From positions 496,001 to 534,494 of the forward strand of contig JBPGPT010000012.1 in NCBI GenBank assembly GCA_051047955.1: DNA of 38,494 bases. The letters run 5' to 3'. Under the pieces are notes generated by a model that saw only the letters and a list, made by a program, of their open reading frames with translations, was not told where the DNA came from and searched no databases. Source of the DNA: Cystobasidiomycetes sp. EMM_F5 (lineage: Eukaryota). This document shows, piece by piece, positions 26,323 to 38,494 of the stretch; position 1 is the stretch's first letter, and each line of letters starts with the position of its first letter. The translations under genes were made by a program, and so were the position numbers.

Positions 26323-26542
26323 TACGTCTCAGCCTTTAAGCATGTAGTCTGTGCAGTAGTCGCAATTGCGAAGTTTGTGGTAGGTTGGTGTGCGGCGAAA
26401 GCCCTTCTATGCACAGAGGTGATCAAAGGTCGCGCGAGTGGAGCCTAATGACCGCAACAAGTAGCTATACAGACGCGACGAAGCAGGTTTTTGCACAGCA
26501 AATCATTTCATGGGATTTTGCTATCGATTCAGGACTACTACA

Positions 26543-27398
26543 TTACACAACTTCGACCTTGGTCTCCACGTTACCCTTGATGGCTCGGGAGTATGGGCAG
26601 ATCTCGTGTGCACCCTTGACTGATGGCAGGAGGAAAGAAGCAATTCAGCAAGACGTACGTCGCTATGATCGCGTCTTACCAAGAGTTTCAGCATCTTCTC
26701 GGCTCATGTCACCGAGACTGCTGTGGGGAACTTTGAGGTGAACAGCAAGCTGAAGCGTATCAATTAGTGATACTCGCTTTGGAGGATGGTAGGATACAAT
26801 TACCTTGAAGCCAGGAGCATCGGTAGCATTGCCGATGAAGACTTCTGCATGTACCTTTACGTCTTTCGAGAAATGTTTCCCGCTGGCTGTACCGAATTTG
26901 TCCTTGTAGACTGCACCCATTGCCGAGAGGAAGCACGTAGAGTAGCTATGTTGTATAGGCAGTTGAGCAGTCAGTCACTCTGAAGTCTTCGGCATCGTGC
27001 ATCCTGAGACCCTACGCCATGCCGAAGAGCTCTTCCGGGTTGTGCTTCTTGCCTGATCCGCCAAGGGCGGCAGGAAGATCCATCTTGACCTCGAGCTGAT
27101 TCGAAAAGGTTAATACAGGTCTGCAAGGTCTTGAATATCAACTTGCCTTTCCATCCTGATTAGCCCCCACACGAGTTGTCCACAGTCAGCAACCTTGGCC
27201 TCGAAAAATCATCAATGGCCAGCTCACATCTAGCTTCGAGACGCCGTCAGCTCGAGAGCCGTAGCTGGTAGCTTTCGCCGAGTATTGATGATCATCCTTG
27301 ATTGAAGACCAGTTCCGTCGCAAGACTGCAGAGTTTCGAGCGACTGCCCGTACTGCCGGGCGCAAGGCAAGGCCAGATCTTCCAGCAACGGCGAGCAT
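26543..27398 (-). CDS. ohr: Organic hydroperoxide resistance protein (Ohr/OsmC family) with putative mitochondrial presequence
   Basis: ATSYGSRADG (catalytic Arg), LGGSGKKHNPEELF, YSTCFLSAM (peroxidatic Cys), ICPYSRAIKGNV (resolving Cys). N-terminus is Arg/Ala-rich and lacks acidic residues. Confidence 0.88.
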
Positions 27399-27845
27399 GA
27401 TGAATCAGATATCGGCAGGATTATACGATAGTGAGACCTCGAGAGCAAGAGCAAGGTCGGCAGCATCGTCATAGGCCTGATCGAGTCGACGGGGGACGCG
27501 ATGAAGCAGCACGAGCAATAGACGGATAAAGCTGATCTTACTGCCCTCGTTATGCTCTTCAAGCATACTGCCTCAAGCTTTCGTTGAATGGCAGCCGGAT
27601 ATAAGCCCTTAAGCTCAACCGCTGCAGCTGACACAACTCACCTCACATACATCAATGCTGAAGCCGCGTCTGAACTCTGAACCTTTCCTCCGGGTAGGCT
27701 GGCGGGACTATCCCTTTGCGAGACAACTGCGATGCAAAAACAGAGCCCCTCCTGAGCGGTGCATTTCGAGGGTGCTAATTGAGGGCCAGACCCAGGTGCA
27801 ATCTTGGCTCATCTTCACTCAATCTTCACTGTGCGGTAACCGACG

Positions 27846-27879
27846 CTCACTCGCACTCGCACTCTCACTCTCACTCACT
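27846..27879 (+). repeat. Imperfect hexamer microsatellite (CACTCG/CACTCT) upstream of ATG 27908
   Basis: ctcactcgcactcgcactctcactctcactcact. Confidence 0.7.
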
Positions 27880-27907
27880 GTCGCTGTCCCCTGGAAAACA
27901 CACAACC

Positions 27908-28655
27908 ATGTTTTCCCGACCTGAAACTCCAAGCGCGCCATCAGCAGCTCGAAACGAACCACAGCATGCGTCGCCCATTATACGCGACTATGCCATGAAG
28001 CGTAATTCCTCCTTCCGAGAACATTTCCGCAGTGTCAGCATCGGTGCGCCATTCATTGTGCGAGGTAACGACATTGGCAGCCCTGCCGGTTACGAGCACG
28101 GAAGACCTGGTCCTCTTATGATGTCACTTCCGGATGATCCTCTGGCAGTATCAGCTCCGACCGAGTCATTGCCCACATACGCGGGCTCTGAGCAATTTGA
28201 AACTGAAAAATGCCAGACCGCGGTTTCCGATGTAAAGGACGGCTCAACTCCGATGGACGCGACGCAGACAGTGCACCAAGTTCAGCATGATCCAAACCGG
28301 AAGAAGAAGATTGTCGGCTGCAGTACGTTACCCCGCAAAGCGTTCTGATTTCTGTCGCTGATCTTGCGATATTCCCGTCAGTCATTGCGCACCACATCGT
28401 GGTCCTGCTTAATGTAGGCTTAGTGATAGCAGCCATAGAGACGGTTCAGGTAAGCGACAAAGGTCACATTCGTTCTCCGGTCACATTCTGACTCCCTGAT
28501 AGGGCCTGTCTGATCAGCCAATTACAATGGAGAAGCATCAGGTCATCAAAATCGGTCTTTTCGCCGGTTTATTGACCTCACTCCCCTGTAGTATCTTCGC
28601 TGCTGTCGCCTGGTGCGCATCGCGAAACAAGGTAAAAGCAACGACAAAGGTCTAG
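27908..28655 (+). CDS. Hypothetical membrane protein: disordered N-terminus with LPTY motif and two C-terminal hydrophobic segments; 3 exons
   Basis: GT-AG introns near 28323-28381 and 28450-28503 join IVGCIIAHHIVVLLNVGLVIAAI and IGLFAGLLTSLPCSIFAAVAWC in frame. Confidence 0.6.
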
Positions 28656-28914
28656 TCGTGCGTATGTAGTCCAGGTTCTCGCCACAGGTTGGCATGTCTT
28701 GTACTCCTGCGCAAAATAGAATCATGCACATGCGCGAGCTCGCATTCTCACTTTCTATCCGTCTGCTTCATCGTATGTAAGCAGCACAACCACGCCCGCT
28801 TATTGCTTGCTTCCGTCTGCTGTTGAACCGTTGAGCGGAGAAGAGAAATCTGCTATGCGAGCTACTCTCGGCTGTTGTACACCTTCTTCCAGGACCATCT
28901 ACAACAACTGCAGC

Positions 28915-30665
28915 ATGTGGACATCCCCTCTGATTCTGGCTCTAGTTGCGGCTCGTTTGATCTCTATCGATGCGCTGGACAATGGGCTTGGTCAACGCCC
29001 GCAGATGGTGATTCACCTCGCTAGAGGAAGTGCTACGCTATCTAAGCCTATCTACAGGGATGGAACACATGGAACCGTTTTGGGTGCGACATTAGCGAAG
29101 AACTAATCATCTCCTCCGCACAATGTATCCTCGATAAAGGTCTGCTTCAGCTAGGATATAATTACATATCCCTCGACGATTGCTGGCATGCAGAGTCCCG
29201 CGACCCGCACACCAATGCCCCTCGTGCTGATCCGCTGCGATTCCCAAATGGCATGGCATCCCTTACAGACAAATTGCACAATATGGGCTTCAAGGCGGGG
29301 CTTTACAGTAACGCTGGGACCTTAACATGCGCCAGACGGTTCGGAAGCCTAGGTTTCGAAAAGATCGATGCGGAAACAGTATGTTTTTTACGCTTGTAGT
29401 CCTAATGTTTGTAATAACCGTCTTTGTTCGACAGTACGCAAATTGGGGATTCGGTAAGTAGGGGGCGGAGGTATTATTGATGCTTTGACATTTACTGATC
29501 GGGACACAGACTATCTCAAGTACGACAACTGTTATGTGGGCTGTCGTTACTGATGCGTAACCACACATATCTGATCTGCTGTTTGACAGAATGAAGGCCA
29601 ATCCGGAACGCCGAAATTGTCATACGACCGCTACAAAGCGATGTCAGTTGCGCTGAACAACACTGGACGCCCCTTCTGGCTCGCGTTGTGCAATTGGGGT
29701 GAAGACGGTGTATGGAACTGGGGAAGCACAGTACGCCGGATGCCGCATCGTGCCTCTGGTTTTGGACTAATATTTTACGCAATCCAGGTCGCGAATAGCT
29801 GGCGTATGTCTGGAGATGTTTATGCGACGTATGACAAGCCAGATAGCCGGTGTCCGTGCGAGGTGAGAAGCATTGCGCAAGCTGGAAACTCAGGCTAAAC
29901 CGATGTCACTCTCAGAACTCGCATGAACCATGCCAGCTTGCAGGAGTTCACTGTTCTGTCATGAATATCGCAGAAAAAGCTTCTGGTATTGTACACAAGG
30001 CAAAGGCCGGCTCCTGGGCAGATCTGGATGGCCTGGAAGTTGGTAACGACGGGCTGACATACGAGGAGCAAAAGACGCAATTCAGTATCTGGGCCATCAC
30101 CAAGTCTGCCTTCATGCTGGGCAATGACGTTACCGCAATGTGAGCGCGTGATCCCCTGCAGACAAGCTGAAGCTGAGACGCTACGGATGGATTGACAGGT
30201 CCGAGGAGACACTCAGCATCATCAGCAACAAAGATGTCATTGCTGTAAACCAGGACCTGCATGGCAGTTCTGGTTACCGCGTTTGGCGTTCCGAATACCC
30301 TGATGGGGGCAATGCTCAACTATGGAAAGGGAAGTTGGGCAATGGCGAATACGCCATGCTGATTGTCAATACCGCAACCAAGAGAAGGGAGATTTGCGTT
30401 GACCTTTCCGACTTCTTCTCTGATGAAGGAGGGCAGCGCAAAAGCGAGAGATTCGACTTCAAGGATCTCTGGAGCAAAGATGTGCAAAGTAACGTTCATG
30501 GAAGACCATGCTTTGAGGTTTTACCTCACGGAGTGCGTATGTTTAAACTTACCCCAAATACATCCAGTAAATCATCGCAAAGGTACGCCCATTTGCTCTG
30601 TCTCAAAAGCCTTCTCCGTTGTTGACGCTCTTAGCAGTCGCCTTGTCGTGCAACTGCAAGCTTAG
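28915..30665 (+). CDS. Secreted alpha-galactosidase, glycoside hydrolase family 27
   Basis: Signal peptide then LDNGLGQRPQM|GWNTWN, YNYISLDDCW, nucleophile YLKYDNC, LCNWG, acid/base SWRMSGD, WADLDGLEVGN, QFSIWAITKS, VIAVNQD. Confidence 0.93.
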
Positions 30666-30857
30666 CTAAAGCAAAGCGAGTCAATAGCGCATCGTTCGTA
30701 TCCTGCCTGACCATAACGCGAGCGCGTCTCTTCAGCATGGCGTAAACCAGCTTAGGCGATTCACACAACAACACATATCACTCTTATTATTTCAATATAC
30801 ACAGTCTCGTATAGGGTGTAAGAACTGTGAGCCGCTCGAGCCTGCGCGCTCTGTGCC

Positions 30858-32312
30858 TTAATTCAAGTATCCCAGCCCCTTCCGGGTAGGTTCAACGAAT
30901 AGCGATTTCGCTTTGACTGCGCGAACGAACCACGGACCAAGTACAGTCTTGCCGAAAAGGGGCACCTCGATATAAGCCATGCCACCTTTCGTGCCTGGAA
31001 CGTAATGTCTATTCATCACGACTGTGCGACTACGCTAATGACATTGACTCACCGAGATTGACGCAGCACAACTCCTTGGGCGTTGCGCCCTTATATGACT
31101 GAGAAGCGAGGCGAACGTCAGCTCACAGGCAATAACAGCTAGGGTCGACTGACTTTGGTCGGTGCGGCACCGTTCATCAAGTCTCTAACATTCTGTACGA
31201 CTACGGCGACGTAGCCGGGAATTTTCGCAACTTGCTTTTGTTCAGGCAGGTCCGCCAGGTCTCCAATGACGAAAACGTTGTCTTTATTCTTCAGCTGAAA
31301 GGTATTTCTGACCTTGATGCCCGCTTTGGAAATGTCGCCAGGTGGAGCAAGCTTTTCCAGCAACTGCGTGTTTACTGACCCGCCCGTTGCCTGAATGACA
31401 AGATCGACGTTATCCACCTTCACTCCATTGCGAGTTGTCAAGCTCTGCGGTCCGGTAGTAAAATCAAGGTCTCCATCCAACCTATCGTTGAAGACGAACT
31501 TGATCCCGAGTGCATCACATTGCGCTTTCAAGCCGTTTCTGAATTTGTCATTGTACGTATCATTCATGACTTGTGAGGCGTTGTGAATGATGGTGATTGA
31601 CTTTTCGGGATAGCTCTCATTGATCTCGCCTGCCATCTCGAGCTGTATTTATGGACGTGTGTCGTCAGTACGTCATGTCTAGGCCGGCAACAGTCTGCTT
31701 CGCTCACTCCGACAGCCCCTGCGCCGATGATAACGATATTCTGCGCAGCCTTGACTTTGTCGCGATACTCCTTCATGCGACTAATACCATCTTCTCGCTT
31801 CTCAGGCAGATCTAGCGGAGGCATCCAAGTCTTGCCGGTTGCGACGATGGCATAGTCGAATTGCTGGACTGTTCCATCTTCCAGGAGTATGGTGTTGTTT
31901 GCCGTTATCTCAGTAGCCTGTATGGATTTGGAGGCATAACATTAGCTGACAAAAGAGGTGCTTTTCAATCAAGCGCAGTCCTGCCTTCTGGTTATAGATT
32001 TTGGCGATATCTGCATTTTTGAAGAGCTTGTCGTAGGGTACGCAGATCTTGTCTGCAATTTCCTCGCTCGATACGTTGCTGCAGGGTTGATTGGACGCGT
32101 CAAGTCAGGCTTATGGCGACTCTTCACCCTTTGGCGGCTCGCCACACTCACGCCCGCAGACCACCGACAAGGTGCAAGAAGTAGGCTTTTCCGGTAATGA
32201 GTACGATGTCAATCGTGTTGACCTTGCCGAATGCTGCTTCGAGCTGCGTAGCTGCCAAGGTAGCTGCTGCCCCTCCACCGATGATGGCGATGGTAGTCTT
32301 TGGCTTGGACAT
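30858..32312 (-). CDS. AIF/AMID (FSP1-like) FAD-dependent pyridine nucleotide oxidoreductase
   Basis: IAIIGGGAAA, FDYAIVATG, IVIIGAGAVG(V|L)EMAGEI, VFVIGD, C-terminal FVRAVKAKSLFV..GY. Confidence 0.88.
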
Positions 32313-32629
32313 GGCGTGGTTTGCGTGAGCGATAAAGGCGGGAGTCTCAGCTTTGGAATTGAGGAGGTGCAGACGGCCAAGAAATGCGCGACCGAGACGA
32401 GCTTTTATGCGGTATTTGCAAGTATGACACAGCGATTCGGCCTTGTCAGTCTTTGCAATCAACAGTTGCTGACAGGCTGACTAAGACATGACCCGAACCC
32501 CGAGCTGCCTCTTTACGCGACGAAGAGTGGACGCGACTAATTTTGCAGGAGTGTGTCAGGAGTTGATCGGAGAATGTCCCAACTGGCTCACTGCATGTAC
32601 GCTTACTATCAGTGTAGTACGTCCACATC

Positions 32630-34750
32630 ATGCCTCCTGTCTACACGCCCCGCCGAGCTGGACTCGCGCTCCTTCTGCTGCTAATCCTCTTTGTATCGAA
32701 CCGCCAAACAACGCCCAACCACCAAGCAGTTTTGCCAGACGACGATGGTCACAGCCAACAGTCATTCAAGCAGTCCGTGCCACCTATCGACAGACACTCG
32801 CTGCTCGATAAATTCAGGAGGATAGAGGTATTAGCAGGGTATGCACGATATGATCAAGACATCGCGGAACAGCGGGCAGCGGATCGCGTTCCAGCGCGGG
32901 CATCAAAGCAGCGCGAGGAATTTGTGCAGTCACACCTTCTCGATTACGAAGTCTGCCCTTATACACAGTCGACAAGCGGATTCGGGTCTTGCAAGTTTCT
33001 GTTTCCAGCGTGGATTGGCGAGCAAGAGACAAAGGCACAACTACACCTGTATCAGCTGGGATTACTCGCCATCGCACTCAATAGGGCTCTGGTGCTACCC
33101 AACATGGTCAAGGGCAGAATGATGTCGTGCGCGAAGAAGCCATTCGACTACTACTACGAGCCGGACTCTTTGACGAGACTACTGGGGAACGCGTCTACGA
33201 TATCGTTCGAGCGCTTCAGTGAATGGTCAAACAAGAGACTAGATGAGCCTACGGCGCGGATTGTCAGCATAGCCAAAGAGACGGAAAATTACCCATCCGG
33301 TGCCACAATTCAACATGGTCAGGGTGGGGTGGACAATGCAGCAATGGATCTCGGTCTAGATACTCAAGCTCTACACTTACGAATACCAAATCTACCCGAC
33401 CGGAAATTATGTCTTGACCCGCCGAGAGTAAGCCTGGATTTCGTCAAGTATGCCCCTTTGGCCATGTATCCTCCTCTGGACTGGCATAGAAGTGACGACA
33501 GCTCAATTGAGTTTGGCTCATCACTCGTTGAGACACTGGCGGCTCCTGATATCAAGCAAAGGCCGCGGTCGCGGCCGCAGCGGATGGCACAGGGAAAGCG
33601 GGCGGGGCAGAACCAGTTGGCTTTCCCTGCTGATGTTGATGACAGTAGTCCGGATGTACTTGTCATTAGCTACGAGTTGCGGTATCCCATATTTTCGGAA
33701 GATAGCTTCAACGCATTAATGGAACAACGGCAACCGTCATTCGACACGCCAGCCGTACAATCGTTCTCATACCTCGAGTATGCATCAGCCTGGACAGATA
33801 TCGGCATGCGCATCGTCAAGGCTTTGGAACCCTTCATCGCCATTCACTGGCGGCAGGAGACTATGCCATTACAGTCCATCATGCCCTGTGCGGAGTCTCT
33901 CATTGCCAAATTACTGGAGGTGACCGACGATCCGAGCAATGCGGACATTAAGACTATCTATCTGCTGACCGACTACCCCGTCGAGGCATTGACGAGTCAA
34001 CAGGGGGACGACGAGGCCGAGGGAGCCGATTTGCAGTCATCTACAGGGTCATCAAGCGCGCATTCCGGCACTTTCACAAAGTTGCTTGCCCCCCAGCATC
34101 ACGATGGGATGCGGACCTTCCTGCGCGTATTCAGAGAAAAGATAACGAAAGAAAGAGGGATCCGCTTGACAATGTTTGCAGAGGAGCGGCAGCGTCTCTT
34201 ACATGCCGAACAGCGTCACCGAGACGAGCAAGAAGCCGCCGCACTTCTGGCTTCTGAAGCAGTGGTCGCAGCTCATTGGGGCGGGCCGCACAGACCTGGT
34301 CAGCGCATAAGCTCTCCCCGCAAATATACCCTGTCACCGCTGGTATACGATGAAGAAATGGTTGAGAATCTAGCAAGACTGGATGCAGGGCTGATTGGGA
34401 TAATTGACAAGACTATAGCGACACATGCACAGTACTTTATTGCCGGTACGCCGCTCAAGGGCGTCAATACTGCTGAAGTCGCATGTGCGAAAGCGAGTAG
34501 CTTCACGAACCAGATCATTGACGCCCGCAGCGCTGCAGTCAAAGACAACGCAGAAGGCGACGATGAAGGTGCCGATGTAGACCCAGTTGCAATTAGCGGA
34601 AAATCAGAAGGTGGATTGTATCGATTGAGGAGTAAGTCTTTCTAAAGATACCTTCAGCTGTGCTAGGCTGATGGATGTACGATCGCAGACGTAGTAGAAT
34701 ACTGGTCAAGGTCATTGGCCCCAAGGAGAATGCACTTCGAGAGATTGTAG
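32630..34750 (+). CDS. Type II membrane O-fucosyltransferase-like (GT-B, POFUT-related) glycosyltransferase
   Basis: N-terminal TM anchor, WIGEQETKAQLHLYQLGLLAIALNRALVLP, FIAIHWRQE, IYLLTDYP, GIIDKTIA..A..FIAG, SSFT..I. Short last exon after a GTAAGT intron. Confidence 0.72.
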
Positions 34751-35052
34751 CCTAGGCCATCCGGAACGGCGAGAGAGGCGCGAAGCGACCTGGCATCGGC
34801 ATTCTGTATGTGCCTGATTTGTATCGAATATCATACAGAACGGACACTGTAGAATCAACATTGTCGTTGTAGAATTAGCATAGGACCAGCTCGGTTAGGG
34901 TTGGCCTGCCGGAGAGAAGACAGAGAAAGAACTGCCTAAAAAATCACGCCAACGGCAAGACGTAATTCAGCTCATTGCAAATTTCCTTCGCTCCAGTGGA
35001 CAACACATTGCAGGTAGGCAGGAGGGAACTTGTTACCGTTGTAGACAACAGT

Positions 35053-35985
35053 TTACGAAGATGCGGCAGGAGCACCTGCGCCACGGCCGACACCACCGGT
35101 GAAGCGAGGTCTGAAGTCACCACCTGCACCTTCCTTCTTTGCACCATCATCATCCGGACGACGTCTCCTGTACTCGCCGGCACCGCCTGGACCATCACCT
35201 CGTGGTGGGCGGTAGGCACCCTCTCGTCGCTCGCCGCCTGGTGCACCAGGTCGTTGCGGCTTTTGTGGCTTCTTGTGTGTCGCTGGGACAATCTCGGCTG
35301 GGAGGTGGAGGCTACAAGGAGGGAAAAGCTCACGTCATTAGCGACCGTCATCCGTTTGAAGCACGGCTTGACGAGGTATTTGGACTGACTATTCGCGGAG
35401 GTATTCGAGACCCTCATTGGTGAGGGTGTAGTAGTACCAGCCCCATGAGTACTGGGTCTTTACGTAACCGCGCGAGTTGAGAGACTGCATCGACTTGATG
35501 ACGAACAGGTTCTTGACGTCCAGCTCTACGTGCTTTGGCGCATTGTAGTCCTTTTGAGCGACAATGACGCCCTCTGAGAATTGCATAACAGTGCGATTGC
35601 AAGTGTTGCAGGATAGCATAGATGTCAGTAATTGCTTCCCAATAATCTCCTCGATTCCCTCAATCCTGCATGCATGGTACGGGAGACGGTCGTGGTTCGA
35701 GGGCCCGGTGCTGGCGGCATTTGCGACATCGTTATCGTATCATCCGTATGTCCGACCTGTATGTTGTGGTATAGCCGTCGTCCGCCCCAAGTACGACTCT
35801 TTGCGTTTGTTTCAAATATGTCGAATAACTGCTGATTTGGCCCCAGCGGGCTGTCGGTCGATCCACACATCCACGACCATCTCCCGTCCAGCAGTACACA
35901 GTCGATATCGAGCTACAAATGGTGGTCACTGACCCTTGAACAGGTTCTCGTATATGGCCTTTCGGTCGGCCTTTGGAATGAACAT
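35053..35985 (-). CDS. RPS10: 40S ribosomal protein S10 (eS10); also has a 5'-UTR intron at ~36001-36067
   Basis: [73 protein letters not shown]-terminal [19 protein letters not shown]. Confidence 0.97.
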
Positions 35986-36233
35986 GGTGGATTGCCGATG
36001 CTGGGAAATATCGGGCACAGAATATCAGAAGCCGGCCAGGAGCAGCAGTGAGTACGCGCACACTCACACAGTCGAGTGCAGTCTACGCCCTTGTGTGCAG
36101 AAACTCTCAGCCTCTGACGCGCCCTTTCGAGACTTGAGATTTGGGGTTTCTTCCACGTCCAAGGGGAAAAATCAAGTCGCAAAACTGCACAGTTTCAGAG
36201 CTTGAGTGGTCAGACAACACGCACCCGCTAAGC

Positions 36234-36860
36234 ATGGCTGCTACGTGGGGCGACGTTGTATCTCTCATTGTCATATCGGCGCTCTTCTTTGGCTGCATAG
36301 CCGCCTTCGTCTATGTCACAGAATCCGCAAAGAAGACGGCAGCGTGCGTCGAGTTGGGCAGTGCGGAGACGCTCGAATTGACTAACAATAATCTGATGTG
36401 TACCTCGTGTCTGTCCCCTGTCACGGCTGACCCTTCACTCACTCCGACTTCCCCACAATTGCACACTGCAGCGAACAGGACAGTATGCTACGCGCAAAGG
36501 GTGTCGTGCTCACACCCACAGGAGTTGATATTCGTCTAAACAAGCAAGCTCCGACCATGGGTAGGATATGTGTGGTCTGTCGTTCGCCTTATTACTGATT
36601 ACCGCAACGTGCTATAGATGAACTGGTCGACGCTCAATCTCGGTAAATCTCGATAGTTTCGGTAAAGCTGACGCATTGGCTTACTGTGTCCTGCACAACA
36701 AATGAATAGAGCTCTACGCAAAGGTGGAGAAGCATTGATGCGTCCGGGAGTAGTTACCGCTGGCGCAAAAGCGTCATTTGTAGACTCGACAGGACAGGGT
36801 CCTTCGGCATTCGATGCGCCCAATACGAACACTGTCGGCGACGAAGGAGTACGACGGTAG
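36234..36860 (+). CDS. Small hypothetical single-pass membrane protein; 4 exons
   Basis: N-terminal TM WGDVVSLIVISALFFGCIAAFVYV; spliced MLRAKGVVLTPTGVDIRLNKQAPTM|DELVDAQS|RALRKGGEAL; three GT-AG introns keep frame. Confidence 0.65.
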
Positions 36861-37167
36861 GCGATATCATCATTGATGAAAATGATCACCACACTGACGC
36901 AACGTCTATCCACTATCGAAGCCGAGCTCACGCATGATAATTCGCTGACTGCAAGATATCGTCTCCATAAAACACAGTATGTACAATCCTAGTAACGAAA
37001 GGCTACCGCAGTATCGTATTGTAGCTGTAGCCTAGCGAGCACCGTTAGCGAGGTCATCGTTGTATGTGGATAGTACCCCTATATTCATGTATCAGTCTCC
37101 AGGCCCCGGCAAGCGTTCGCGTCATTGTTCCACGCACCCCAACAAGAACCCAACGCATTAATCTGAC

Positions 37168-38494
<1,327 letters not shown>

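Noticed and set aside
27779..27907. His-Ser repeat N-terminal extension (HSHSHSHS) of ORF 27779-28348
   Set aside because: It depends on a non-ATG start and derives from the hexamer microsatellite; the first ATG is 27908.
26543..32312. Ohr and AMID oxidoreductase as an oxidative-stress gene cluster
   Set aside because: They are separated by unrelated genes, with no shared regulatory evidence; proximity is expected in a dense genome.
35696..35870. Intronic box C/D snoRNA in RPS10
   Set aside because: No RUGAUGA/CUGA pair found inside the stem. An H/ACA RNA cannot be supported by eye, so no ncRNA was called.

Overview
Gene-dense, intron-rich eukaryotic DNA. Introns are mostly ~45-95 nt GT-AG with CTRAY branch sites, and the gene content is fungal. 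A compact basidiomycete genome is inferred; the species cannot be fixed from this window. About 22 spliced genes can be reconstructed: ATM1 (5'-partial), ALG8, SET9, GTPBP1, Rab4, a tandem array of four unknown paralogues, a disordered protein with a UBZ-like finger, a His-rich hydrophilin, UreG, an S9C acylaminoacyl peptidase, an Acinus-like SAP/RRM protein, a probably mitochondrial Ohr, a small membrane protein, a GH27 alpha-galactosidase, an AMID-like oxidoreductase, an O-fucosyltransferase-like protein, RPS10, another small membrane protein and a proline iminopeptidase (3'-partial). The most unusual element is the 12.1-15.7 kb island. Its four small (127-142 aa), highly diverged minus-strand genes share a WPxxG core, a MxW(xPSxVY) second exon, basic tails and the same two phase-2 introns, and only appear once splicing is modelled. 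Also notable are a 351-nt ATM1 intron with a ~315-nt AG-free tract and a 360-nt RPS10 intron containing a 17-bp sense-strand stem. All exon models were built by hand and no database searches were run.
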